From positions 248,001-312,000 of the forward strand of contig JBEWZL010000300.1 of the NCBI GenBank assembly GCA_045837725.1: a stretch of 64,000 nt of DNA, in the 5' to 3' direction. The stretch comes from Vermamoeba vermiformis (lineage: Eukaryota). A program made the translations under genes and the position numbers. Below, one piece after another: positions 41,095 to 54,044 of the stretch (its first letter is position 1; each line of letters starts with the position of its first letter). The notes under the pieces are model-generated. The model worked only from the letters and a program-made list of their open reading frames with translations. It made no database searches and had not been told where the DNA came from.

Positions 41095-43047
41095 TCAATT
41101 AAAATCGAGTTTCAGATCTTCGAGGTACTTGTATTCAAACTTGAACTCGCTCTTCTTTCGCTGGCACCAACCAGTCTCGTAGTCGAAATATACATAGGTG
41201 CCTTGCTCGTACTCGGGCGTAATTTCTGTTGGCTCTTCGTGGCGCTGGAACCACGTGAGATATTTTTTGTGGTAGCGCCAGTACTGCCTCTTCAGCTCTT
41301 TGGCGGCGAGGTACTGTTGATAGGTGCCCTGTTGGTAGTAGAAGATGAAGAACAGCGTGTCCATGTCGAACTTCTCGTAGAGAGCCGCATTGTCAAAGTA
41401 CGGGGCTACGGTGGTCGGATAGTACGGCGGGGTCGGAATATTGCCATTTTTGGCCATTCCACTGCTCGCAGCACTGGCACTGGTGTTGTACCGGCGAGGA
41501 TAGCCATAGCTGTCCTGAGGCTCGGGAATGTTGTCGAAACTCAGCTCGAGCATGGCTTGAGGACTCATGGCACTCGTTTTGCCACTCGTGGTGAGTGCGC
41601 TGTCAATGCTAGCTGATGATGAGGACAGTGAGGGCTGTGGTGAAGTTTGAGTGACAGCAGGAGTGCTGGGGGCAGAGGGCTTCTTGGTCTTGGTGTCTTC
41701 AACTGCGGGGGTGGGAGGTGGCGTTGTTTTAGTTGCAGGTGGTGCAGTTGGTGCACTCGTCTTCGGTGTGGCAGCAGGGGTTGTGGTCTTTTCATTCGTG
41801 TTCAATTGTGCGCGAGCTAGATCTGCAAGACTGTTTGGACTCTTTTCATTGACTTTAGGAGCAGGAGTGCTGACACTTGTCTTGCTCGGAGCGGGTGTTG
41901 GAGTAGCACTGGTGGGGGCTGGTGTCGTGCTGCTCGATCGACTCTTGTTCTCTGGCTCATCTGTCTTGTGCTTGTCACCCTTCACAAGAGAAATGTTATG
42001 CTCAGTAACAATAAGACAGTACTCGAGGTACATACAGATTTCAGTGACTCGTTCGTGTTGTTGCTGGAGGTCGAAGACACCGTGTTGCTGCTCGTGGTGA
42101 GACCTTTACGATCGCTCTTCTCACCCGCGCCCTCATCATCGCTCTTGTCCGCAGAGTCGTCCGAGTCATCACCGAGATCGAGATCGAATTCGTCACCCTC
42201 TTCGGGGATACCATCCACGCCCAGCAAATCTTTGAAGCTGTCGTAGATAGTCTCGTCCTCAATAAAATCGGGTTCTTGATTGTTTTCTACATAGTACTCA
42301 ACATTGTCCTTAATCTCTTCAATCTCGTCGCGTGTAATGTTGTCGTTCTCCCACATGCGCAACATCTTTTCGAGACACAGCAAGTGGAAGTTGTGGCGCG
42401 CGAGTGACTTGGAATAATGTTCTAGTTCTTGTGCTGATGGATTCTTCTTTGCGTTAATAGCCTCTTTTTTCATTTCAAAGTCGTCAATCTGAATCTTGAG
42501 CTCGTCAATCATTTTCTGGATCCACACTCGAATCTCGCCCTTTGGATCTTCCTTTTTGGCATTCTCTCGTGCATTAAGCAGACCTTCTTTACTGTACGCT
42601 TTTGTTTTTGATTCTTTCTCGTAATTTTTGAATTTTTCCATTTCCTATTTGATTGATTGAGATAGGGAAGACGATTTCAGAATTATTGAAAAATAATTTT
42701 AAAAATTCAATATCAATTAATTGAGATTGTTTACTTACGACTTCTATCCTCTTACGAGCATCAATTAGCGGGGATTTATTTTTAATTTCATTTGATGAAA
42801 CCCAACTTTTAATTTGCTCTCGCAGCCTCTGTAATTTCTTGATCTCTTTTTTCATATCATTTTCGTGTTTTTCCTTTTGATTATTGCTGTTGGCATTGGA
42901 GACTTTCTTTAAAAATCCCTCAAATTCTATAATGCCTTCGTTCACTTTTTTCAGAACGCGCTCGATCTCGCCTAATATAATTCGCATTAGTCTCATAATA
43001 AGCAGTGTATGAGCGCCAATACCTTGTAATTTCCTATTAGTTGCCAT
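41095..43047 (-). CDS. CNOT3: CCR4-NOT subunit NOT3/NOT5
   Basis: RKLQGEI, KKEIKKLQRLREQIK, EKESKTKAYSKEGL, NOT box DTLFFIFYYQQGTYQQYLAAKELK. Confidence 0.96.
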
Positions 43048-43169
43048 CTAATTATTATATTGGGCGAATTAGTGTTCTCTAATCCTCAGTAAAAGCGTGG
43101 AATAAAAATTGTCACTGCTTCCTACCACTTTTGTTTTTTATCGAACATAAGAACCACTCGTCAAACAAC

Positions 43170-44370
43170 ATGCAACAAGACGATATCGTTTGGGAGGTTA
43201 TCAATAACGGCTTTTGCTCGTTCAAAACAAAGTAAGTTTTTGGATTCGAATCTCAATCGCGAAACCAGATCGTTAACATATTGATTAAATAGGACTGACA
43301 CACAAACCTTTTGCAAGAATGTATATAATTTAACAGGCTTGTGCAATCGTATGTCTTGTCCACTGGCTAACAGCCGCTATGCAACAGTGATCGAACGAGA
43401 TGGTAAATTACCCAATAATGTTTATTTGCTGCTAAAAATTACGAGAGCAAACACGCTTAATTATTGTGGAAATAGTTTCACACGAAGTTTAATTCTATAG
43501 AAAATATATTTTGGATCGTGTTAGGATTTCGGATCTGCTGACATGAAATACTTACACAATTATATTTAGGTATGTGCTATTTATACGTCAAAACAGCAGA
43601 ACGAAGTCATACTCCAGCTACAATGTGGGAGATTACACGACTGAAGCGCGGCTACGGCGAGGCATTGAAACAGATCGACGAGCTGCTGATTTACTGGCCC
43701 GAGTATTACATTCACAAAGTCAAACAACGCTTCACCAAGATCACACAGTACCTCATTAGACTGCGCAAACTGCGTAACAAAGTCGGCAAGAAGATCGTGC
43801 ACGTCAACAAAAAAGTTGAACGTCGCGAGGCCAAGCGCGAAGAGAAGGCAGAGGCCGCAGCACAACTCGACAAAGCCATCAAAAAGGAGCTGTTGGAACG
43901 ATTGCACAAAGGTGTCTATCCCGAGGGCGTGGTCAACTTCCCGCAGAAAGCCTTCGAAGAGGTGCTGCAAGATGAAGGCGCGCAAGAGGAAGAGTTGGAC
44001 GAGGAATACGAAGAGGAACTTGAGGGCGATGTTGATGCCTATGTGGAGCAATATGATGACGATGAAGACGACGAGGACGATGACGAGGAGAGTGGACTCG
44101 ATGAGGACGATGAGAAGAACATTGAAGAATGTAAGTATAGTGCTTAATAGTCTCCTCTCTCTAGTAGTACTCACACATCACGCAGTTTTGAAAGGCGGTG
44201 CTTCGTCAGGACGAAAGCGCAAATTGGCAGATCCAAAGGATAGCAGAAGTAAGTGCTGGGTGTAAACTAATACGTTATGATGATACTCACGGTTGTTTGT
44301 AGAATCTAAGAGGCCTCATATCAATATCGAATACGAAGAAGAAAATAGATCCACAACGCAGAAGCATTAA
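43170..44370 (+). CDS. MAK16: MAK16 ribosome biogenesis factor
   Basis: [62 protein letters not shown], acidic tail. Confidence 0.96.
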
Positions 44371-44454
44371 TAATTTGTTAATAATAAATGAACACAATCT
44401 GATATAGAGCTGATGCAGAAGTTTATTCACATTGAAGGTATAATACAAAGCTAA

Positions 44455-46072
44455 TTACATGCGGCGAGGGAGCGGTGATTTGTTGCCGAGCGGATGTGCC
44501 TCGTGCTGCGGACCTTTGAACAAAAAGTAGCAATAATCATTCAAATCTTTGCTGAAGCTCAGTGACTGCACCACTGTGTCGCGCTGATGTTGCTCGAGTG
44601 CCAACAACACAGTGGACTGCTTGGTGATGATTGGCACGAGCTTGGCGAGGGCGAGTTGACTGACGCGTGCCTGCTCAAAGTAGAGCAAGAGATCTTCACT
44701 CAATAACGTGAGGGACTGAGTCATGAGCTTGGCGGTGAGGTCACTGAAGGGCCTGGACTCGATGATGTCACGCGTCTCGTTGATGAGCAGACGATAGGCT
44801 TGATTCTCATCCAAGTCCTCGTCCTCGTCCTCGACCACCATAGCACTCTCCTCTTCGCGCGGCAACAACACGCCGACGAGGGCACCGATCCAGCACTCTT
44901 GTTCGACGCTGCGTTGAACGTCTAACAGCAGACCTGTCACGTGCTCGGCAGCCATGACACGTGTCAATGGAATGTCTTTAATGACACGTGTGACATGGGG
45001 TCGTAACTTGTCAATCAGTTGCGTGAGACCGTGCGTGAGGGCCCATTGTCCCACAGCGACATAGCGCGACTGAGCAGCGGGTGGCAAGAGTGGAGTGTGC
45101 GGCGGTGTGTGCACATCGACTCCTGTGCGCTGTGTCAGTCCACGACGGGCCATGCTCTCAGCGCGACTCGTCTCTTGTTCTGCCATGGCGTAGCGCGCGA
45201 CAAGGTTGACTTGCACGCGCAACAAGAGGCAGATCAACACTGGCGCATAGAGCGACACGACGAGCTGCAGGAATGCTGCAGAGAGTTGTCAGCAACGACA
45301 ACTGACACTACAAGCGATAGTACTTACACGCTACTTTCAGCTCTTCCCACAGTCGCATCTTCTCTTCTTCAGCGGCTTTTGCGTCACTTGCAGCGTCATT
45401 TTTAATCTCCTCATCGGCATTGGATTGCGTAGGTGCATTATCAGCTGTAGTTGCTGTAGTCGTGCCTTCGTTTTGGTGCGTATTGGTTGTGTCAGGTGTA
45501 TTAGTTTCACTATTGCTCTGCTCTGTACTGCTCGATCCTTCGCTCTTAGAGGGATCTATTTCTGTAGTGGTGTTGGTATTGTCTGTAGAGGATGTATTTT
45601 GTGCGTTATTATTATTTTCGATATTTTCTACATTTTTCTTGAGTTTTTTAGAACTGGCGAGTCTAATCCTGCTCAGCAACTCTTCCACTTGACATTCAGC
45701 TTTGATCTTGCGTTGCAAAATAGGCAAGAATGATACCAATGTATTATCTGCTACGCTTTGATTGGAAGAAAAGTATTCAACGGAGAAATTGGGTTGATCG
45801 AAAGCAGATCCAAACAAGTTCTTTGCTTGACCCAAAAATCCAGCGCCATCTAATGGAGAGCCCTCGCCATCAGCACCCTCCTTCAACATTTCTTGTAAAT
45901 CATCAAGCTTCAGCGTCTTCTTGAGCAGATATGACGTCAGTGCGGAGGTTACGCGCTGTTTCCCATCGACTAGCCACCAACCGACCCCAGCCGCAACTGA
46001 GCCTAGTAGTGCTGTCTTCCACTTGTGTTGTTTGACCGTGCGCCAGATCCGTCCAGCCCACTCTTGTGCCAT
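44455..46072 (-). CDS. PEX3: Peroxin-3
   Basis: N-terminal basic KQHKWK + TM, FSSNQ, KMRLWEELK, LLRVQVNLVARY, LINETRDIIES, LAKLVP. Confidence 0.88.
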
Positions 46073-46193
46073 TGCGAATAATTCAGTGAAAAAATAAAAG
46101 ACAAAAAATTTTTCGTGTCTTGGCTGAGCGAAGTCTCAAACCAGTATTAACACACAAAGATAGTGACGACCACAACATATTGAAGGTAAAACC

Positions 46194-47999
46194 ATGAGCG
46201 AAAATACCATCGAAGAACTTGTCCATCACGCGACAAGCAGTATGCTAATTAATGCAGGTAAATGAGACGACGTGCTATTAGATATATTTTGTAGCGTAAA
46301 AGACAGTACAAGACCACTTTCTATCTTTGTTCTGCTCGCCTTTTTGAAATTGAAAAAAACAGAAAAATTCAGAATTTTGCCTAATTATTATTCTGCAGAC
46401 TGGAATTTGAACCTACGTATTGTAGACCTATTAAACAATTCTCCTAAATAGTAAGTAAATTAAAGTTTTCGAAATAATTGCTAATGAAGCGCAGCGCGGA
46501 AGAAGTCGGAGAAAATATTAAAAAGCGCATGAAGCACAAAACAGGTCACGTCGTAGAGCTGTGCTTTGTGGTATGTTATAATTGATTTTGTCCCCTAGGA
46601 TTCTGATATCTAAGATTTTGTTCCGTGACATCAGTTGATGGACACGCTGATGAAGAACAACGCGTGCATGATACCAGTGCTCGGTCGACGCGAATTCATC
46701 GACGAGGTGCTGAAGGTGATCCAAAACAAACAGAAAGAGTTCGTTGAGGCCCGTGAGAAAGCACTCGACTTTGTGCAGTACTACGGTGAGGCCTTCCGTG
46801 ACGACAAGAAACTTCACTTTGCAGCGGCACTGAGCGGTCTCAAAGTCAAGGCTGTCAGTCTGCCGCCCAAGCGCAACGAGGCCTACAGACCTCCCACCCC
46901 ACTGCAAGGATCGAAGCACAGCCACAGTGCCGTGCACGAGGACTTCCACGAGGAGTCAGACGAAGATGTCATTCCCAGTCAGCTGCAAGTGCAACAGAGT
47001 GTGGCGAGTGAGAGCATGATGACGCAGATTGAAGTCGGCAAGACCAATGCCGAGCTGTTGAAAGACATGTTGGTGAACTTGCCTGCAGATGAGCCCGTGC
47101 AGCGAGCGGTGCAAGAGAACGAGTTGATTGCTGCAGTCGTGCCCAAGTGTCGCGAGGTTCATCAGCGCACAGTGGGCATGATTCAGAACATGGACGAGTT
47201 GTTCGCACAGCCCAATGCTGATCGATTGATTGAAGAGCTGTTGAATGTCAACTCTCAGCTGTCATTCGTACTCGGACTCTACGATGACGCTGTCAAAAAG
47301 GGCATTCGACCGAGCATCAATCCACTCAATGTCTCAGGCTTTGTCGAGAACACCAGTGATGCACCGAGTCAGCCCAAGAGCAAGAAGCACGACAAGCCTG
47401 AGAAGCGTGAGGACCCAGTGATTGCACCCAGCGGCAGTCCCAGTGCTATCAACATCACTCTGCCGAAGAAGGGTGACAAAGACAAGGACAAAAAAGGAAA
47501 AACAAAGAAAGACAGACCTTCGACACATGTACAGCCAACACCTGTCAGTGTGTCGCACGCACAGCCTGAAACACTGATCAGCTTCGATCAGCCGGTGAAT
47601 CCAGTGACACCTGTCAATCCTCAGCCTGTCAACACCTACAATCCGTTCGTGCCCCTCGTCCAAGCACCACCCACAACAGCTGGGCATGTGTCCCCGCCAC
47701 AGTCCGCCAAGCCCACATTTGCCAGTGACGACGATGACTTTGCTATGTTGGCTAAGCGTCAGCGCCCTCCTTCACAGACAATGACACCTGTCAATGTCCA
47801 GCCTGTACCATCCACCACAGTCACGTACAACCCCTTTGTGCCCCTCACACAGCCCAATCCAGTGCCAGTCGTGTCTGCTGTGCCCAACACTGTCGCCCCT
47901 GCGCCGTACAATCCTTTCTTATCGACTTCACCGCAGCCCAGCACACAACAGAAGAAACCCAAGTTCGATTCAATCGATGATATGTTGAAAGACCTGTAA
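46194..47999 (+). CDS. VHS-GAT endosomal adaptor (TOM1-like) with clathrin-box and NPF motifs
   Basis: VHS HATSSMLINADWNLNL...LMDTLMKN; GAT-like ELLKDML...ELLNVNSQL; LISFD; three YNPF. Confidence 0.82.
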
Positions 48000-48142
48000 T
48001 ATATGTACTCATATCTACCGAACTCGCTGTACAGTTTGTTAATAGCAACTCAGTAAAACTATTTTTTGAGACACGGTTCAAATTTAGTATTTTGTTCGTC
48101 GAGACCAACAAACAAGCACAGCAGGCAAATATATAAGACAAT

Positions 48143-49172
48143 ATGTACAACGGTATTGGTCTTTCGACAGCACGAGGTACGGGCACCAACGGATATGTTA
48201 CAAAGAATGCAGCCTCGTTACCTAAAGCAAAGAGAGGACCTATCGAGCGACATCAAGATATTAAGCCAGAAAAAATTAAACAAGCTGATCCAGAAATATT
48301 GGAACACGAGAAGAAACGACAGATCGAGATCAAGGTGACAAAGTGGGCCGACGAGCAAGGATTATTAGACGCTGAGTACGTAAAATTACCAATATAATTT
48401 AGTAATTATTTTCCAAGTTAAATGATCAGGTCCCAAGTGAAAATAATTCTATGCTTCTTCCTTTGCTGCGAAAATACAGTTACTAATTCTTGTAGTATGC
48501 CGCGTGATAAATTAGAACAAGAGCTCGCTAAAGCACGTGAACGATTTACTATCGAATTTGAACGCGAGGCAGCAGATCGAAATTCGTCCAAGCGCAAGAA
48601 AGAGTAATGCCACCAAACTTACTATTAATACTCAATACTGACCTATCGCCAGAGACGAGACACACGCGCGATTGCAAGCCAAAGAGACCCAGTACAAAGA
48701 ACTGGCCGGCGCACTCGGCATTGACAACGAGTATCAACACGGCAGCGCGTTTGACCGCGATTTGCAGCAACAAAAGCGCATGGAGAAGATGCGACAGCGC
48801 ATTGAAGACGAAGAGCGCAGGAAGCGTGAGATAAGGGAGGCTGAGCGCGATCGACGTCGTGATGAGAAGAAGCGACGCCGCGACGACAGCGATGAGGAGG
48901 ACACGCGCGACAAGAAACGAGTGCGCGGTGACGAGGACAAGCCACGCGATCGACGCGATGACAAGCGAGATGACAGACGAGGTGACAGAAGAGAAGACAA
49001 GCGTGATGATAGGAGAGAGGACAGAGGCCGAGAACGACGGGACAGATCTGAGTCCCCGCGTGGTCGCAAGAGATCTAGATCCGCTTCTCGTTCCTCTTCG
49101 AGCAGCTCTTCTAGCAAATCACGTTCATCATCGTCAAGTTCTAGCCGTTCTAGCTCTCGCAGCAGTCGATAA
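48143..49172 (+). CDS. CWC21: CWC21/SRRM2-like splicing factor
   Basis: MYNGIGLSTARGTGTNGYV, EILEHEKKRQIEIK, RS/RD-rich tail. Confidence 0.93.
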
Positions 49173-49232
49173 ATTGTTTTGTAATAAAATATATTTATAA
49201 GAAGCTATGTACATTGGAGACTGACTCGTCTT

Positions 49233-50616
49233 TTAAAGTCGTCGTTTCTTATCAGGAGGACTGCCATCAGCTGTGGGGGTGTATGCTGCATAGGGGGGAT
49301 TGGGAGAGATCTGATAGTTCTGCGGCGGTGCATTGTTCGGTACTGCATTGAACTGTGCATCATCCATGTGCGTCAGCGCGTATTCTGTTTGAATTAAGGT
49401 TAACGATGTCATTTAATGGGATGCAGTGGGGTACCTTCGGAGGCTGTGAGAGTCATGTCGTACTCACTGACTGCGTTGCTTTGATTGTTAGTAAATTGCT
49501 GTTGTTGATTAGGCTGAGGATTGGTGAGAGGAGGATTAGGATTGGGTGGAGTATATGGTGCGCGATTGTTCATCATGGGTGCTGTGTTGGGACGTGCAGC
49601 CATTGGAGGAGGGGCACCGCGACCCATCGTGTTGTTGACCGCTGTTTGTGGGGTAAATGGGCGCTGCTGACCTGGCGGCATGTTATTGGTCACAGGTTGA
49701 TTCATAGGCTGCGGTGGTGGTGCCATCGCTGTGTTTGGTGGCAGTGCGGACTGTGGTTGTGGTGCACTGTTGTTGGACTGCGTTACAGCGGTTGAATAGC
49801 CAGGTTGTGGGCCCATGTTAGTTGAGACTGTGTTCATGCCTGGCTGAGGTGCAGACACTGCTTGAGTTGCATTTGCAGCTTGATTCAAGCCGTGAGGTGC
49901 AGCTGCGGGCTGAGTGGGTGGCGCGGTTGGGGGTGGTCCTGAGCGCAATTGATCGTAGCCGACTTGACCCGTTGCATTGCCTTTGACTTTGTTTTTCACC
50001 TTGCTCAAGTGCTCCTTGTCGTATATACAATTGCCCAAGGCATTGCCGAACAGACGCAATGCGCGTTTGCGAGCATCAGAGACTGCTTCTTTCTTGGCAT
50101 TTTCGATGGCCGAGCCTTTAATCTTGTTTTCACTGATGCCGTAGCCAACATCCTGCGCAATAATAAGCATGCATTCGTAATAATTTCCAGTAAAAATTGA
50201 ATCTACCTCGTGCGAAGTGCCGTCCTTCAGCGACACTTTGACCACCGCTGTGACACCAACGCGGAATCTACCTTGCGACTCTTCGATCTGCGTAAAATTA
50301 GATGGCATGATATGATATTAATAAATTCGGCTTACGAAATCAGGAGTGATGTCTACGATAGACGAACTCCAACCGTTGAATCCAAAAATACTATTTGCCA
50401 ATTCAATCACCTTCCAGGACTCGACATAGGTAAATTTTACTAGTAAAAAATATTAGGATCATTTAATATTATTTTTTTGGAATATTTCTAATTACCTCCA
50501 CCCGCGCCAGGTCTGCTTGCCAGATGTTCATCACCGAGTTTCTGCTCTAGTAAGCGTCTAATAATAGACCTCTCCTGCTCAGTAAATTCTTCGGTGCCAA
50601 ACAGAGATGTTGCCAT
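49233..50616 (-). CDS. RAD52: RAD52 DNA annealing/recombination protein
   Basis: RPGAGG, LANSIFGFNGWSS, VKVSLKDGTSHEDVGYG, AKKEAVSDARKRALRLFGNALGNCIYDK. Confidence 0.96.
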
Positions 50617-50755
50617 CTGTGGTGTTCGTAATAAAAAAATTGGGTTGAATAAACAATTCTCAGAAATCCAAACACATTTATGCGCGAAAAGGGAGAGGAA
50701 ATTTATTGTGACTCAATCACAAGGCAGGAGCAAGAGTTAACATGTTATTATTGCA

Positions 50756-53700
50756 ATGCATGCTCCTGAGTTGTTAGTTTCGCTGCTAAAAACGCGATGG
50801 GGATCTGTTCTCCTGCTTGTGCTGCTAACAGTTACGATCAACTCGTGGATGTACATGGTGGCTTCTTTAATAAACCCGTACCTCATATCGCAACGCAGTG
50901 CATCGCATTCAACATTAATCAATGCCTTGCGAGAGAGCCCGTTCGAAAGCAGAAACACGTCGATTGAAGCAGATCAGATCCCGCAGATCGATTTTGTCTA
51001 TACTTGGGTTAACGGCTCTGATCCAAAACAGCTTGAAAGTACGTCTATATTATAGTGGCTAAGATTATAAACTTGCTTACACGATTTATTTTAGTGTTGA
51101 GAATCGCTAAGAGCAATTACATGCTTGAAAGAAATTTGACAGGTAAGGGCAGGACGTTAATATTTATATGATGAGTGTATTGTTGTAAAAATGGCTATTT
51201 TACAAATTATTTGAGTGACGTCACTAACGACATCCAGCACTGCGCCCTTGCAATGAAACAGAGAAACCGTCAGACGGAGTGTGCTTTAAAGACGAAGGAT
51301 CGACAGCGAATCGATTTGAAGACAATGACGAGCTTAAATATTCACTTCGTAGCATTTGGAAAAACGCTCGTCCCTGGATCCGACACATCTACTTGGTTAC
51401 TAATGGTCAAATACCTAGTTGGCTCGATTTAAACAATCCCATGATCACTATTGTAACGCACGAGCAGATATATAGCAACAAAAGTCACTTGCCAACCTTC
51501 TCGTCGCCGTCGATCGAGACACATCTGCACCGCATTAAAGGACTGAGCGACAAGTTCTTATATTTGAACGATGACGTCATGTTTGGTCGCGAAGTGTGGC
51601 CCGACGACTTCTTCACGCGCGGACGAGGTCAGAAGGTCTATCTCTCGTGGCCCGTGCCGCAGTGCAATGACGGCTGTCCCGCGAATTGGATTGGCGACGG
51701 CTACTGCGACTTGGCGTGCAATGTGTCCTCGTGCGACTGGGACGGTGGGGACTGCGCCAATCAGACTTCAACGACCTCGAGCAGCACGACACACCCGTGG
51801 TGGGGTCAAGCCAATACGAACAACCGCGGCTCACCGACCGAACACTACTGCGTGCCTGGCTGTCCTGACTCGTGGATTGGCGACAAGTACTGTGACCGCG
51901 CGTGTCGTAATGTGCAGTGTGGCATGGACGCGGGTGACTGTGGCGTCGATCAAATTGCGGAGAATTTATTTGCGGTGGTGTTGACATCTGACGCGGTGAC
52001 ACTTGACACTTCAAACAACAGCATCGAGGACACGTCAAACAGCACTGAGGCGAGTGTCAGTGGCGAGGCCGAGTACAAGAAAGGTGTGACCCATGTGCAG
52101 GTGTCACCCAAGCTTGTGACAGGTGGCAATATGACACATGACGACGTGATATTAGCACAACTGCACGATCAACTCGTGTCAGCGTACATCAACATGAGTG
52201 CAGTGATTGCGGAAGAAGACACCATCACCGACTCGTACCACGACAATTCAGACATGATTCGCACAGCCACCATCTCGCAGAAGCACAAAGTGATGACACT
52301 GACATTCCACCGCAACAAACAGGGACACATGGCGCAGATTGTCATTCAGTATCGCCGTGCTGGACAAGAGACCGAGTATCAAGTCGCGTTCAACATCAGT
52401 CTCGGCACCCCTCAGCCACGAGCTGCACCTCAAGCACCGACGAGCGCATCTAACTCGACTGATGGCACTGCACCAGCGAGTGAAGAGAATAGCGGAACAA
52501 CTACCGAGACACCTGTCAACAATGACGCAGTTGTCACCGAGACACCTGTCACTCAGCCAATCACAATCGAGGCTGAAGTCGAGCGCACACAGCGCGCACT
52601 GCTGTCCTTGGACGAGGAGCCAATCATACGCCGCAGACCTCGTCCGACACACGAGCTGAGTGAACGACTGACGCACGAGCAGTTGAATGCGCTGTTGCGT
52701 GCTGCACAGACTGGTCTCGACTACCGCGCGCACACTGCATTCCCCTGGGACCAGACTGTTAAAGTGCGTGCTGGACGACGTCTGCTGGACACCTACGGTG
52801 AGAGTTTGAAGTACGCCAACAGACTGTTGAATGCCGAGTTTGGTACCACACCGCGTCACGTGCCCGCACACATGCCGCACATGATCGACAAGCACTTGAT
52901 GCAACAGCTGCAAGATCACTGGCCGCAACACTTTGAGCGCACTTCATCGCACTTGTTCCGCGAGCCCGATGACCTGCAGTACGCCTTCACGTACTTCTAC
53001 TATCTCATGCACCAGCGCATCGAGTACAACTTCACGCGGGTGTTCAACGAACTGGACGCAGATCACAGCGGCACATTGGACCTCAATGAACTGCGCACAC
53101 TCGCTGTAGTGGTGCTGGCCTCGCAGCAAGAGACTCGTCTGCGCGCCAATGAGAACCACGTGTTTGTGATGACCGCAGCCATGTTCTACAACTTCACGAA
53201 CGACATTTTGAACTGTCCTGAAGAGCCAGTGCCGAGCACTGCGAGCGAGACCTCGAACAGTACCGTGCCCAGCGACAGTGCACCAGTGCTGGCCGTGGAG
53301 GTGCCACTGAGTGAAGAACAGAGCCTTCAGAGCGACAACGAGACGGTGAGTGAGACGAGTGTGCTGCTGCAGCTCGAAGCGATGAACATCAGCGTGACAC
53401 TGCGCATGTTGACTGAGTGCCCGCACGTGATGCGACAGATTGACGAGTACTACAAGAAACGACTGCGCAACAAGTAAGTCACTCAACCACTATTGTGCCC
53501 TATATTCACCGTGTACGTCAGATTTGAAGTGCTGGACACGGAAGAGGTCGCATTCATTATGATCCCCACCAACTCCACTAGTCTCTTGCCCAAACTCGAT
53601 GGCATTCGTCAGAAGCGACACAAGTTCCTGTGTCTGAACGACGATCTCAATCACACCAATCCCGAGGCCAAGCGCGTCATCAAAGTGGTGCAGGATCTGC

Positions 53701-54017
53701 TGCGAACACTGTTCCCCGATCCCTCGCCGTTTGAACTCGCGCCAGGAGTGTACAACAAGCACTTGTGGGTGCAGGACTACTTGGACGAGTACGTTGTTAT
53801 ACACTCACATCACTAGTCTGTACTAACCCTCTCTAACAGACATCTCGAACAACAGAAGGCCAACCAGCACAAAAAGAATTTGATCTACGTCCTCTTCATC
53901 GTGTTGTGTGCTGCGCTGTTCATGCTGGTGCGGACTTGTTCAGCAGATCTGCCGCGCAAGAACAAGCAAGGACGATCCGTGCGCGAATCACGCTATCTCA
54001 ATCTACTCAACGTGTAA
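50756..54017 (+). CDS. GNPTAB: GlcNAc-1-phosphotransferase alpha/beta precursor (Stealth family)
   Basis: IDFVYTWVNGSD, RFEDNDELKYSLRSI, LPTFSSPSIE, YLNDD, two LNR repeats (WIGDGYCD, WIGDKYCD), PAHMPH, EF-hand DADHSGTLD, FLCLNDD, N- and C-terminal hydrophobic segments. Confidence 0.93.
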
Positions 54018-54044
54018 ATAAAGAAATGTTATTTTATTCCACTG

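Noticed and set aside
43403-43570. Intronic snoRNAs in longer introns (MAK16 here; also RPS11 and CWC21)
   Set aside because: No convincing C/D or H/ACA box pair with terminal stem seen by eye; would need an Infernal/snoscan search
48840-49172. Repetitive GA-rich stretch
   Set aside because: Explained by the RD/RS low-complexity tail of CWC21
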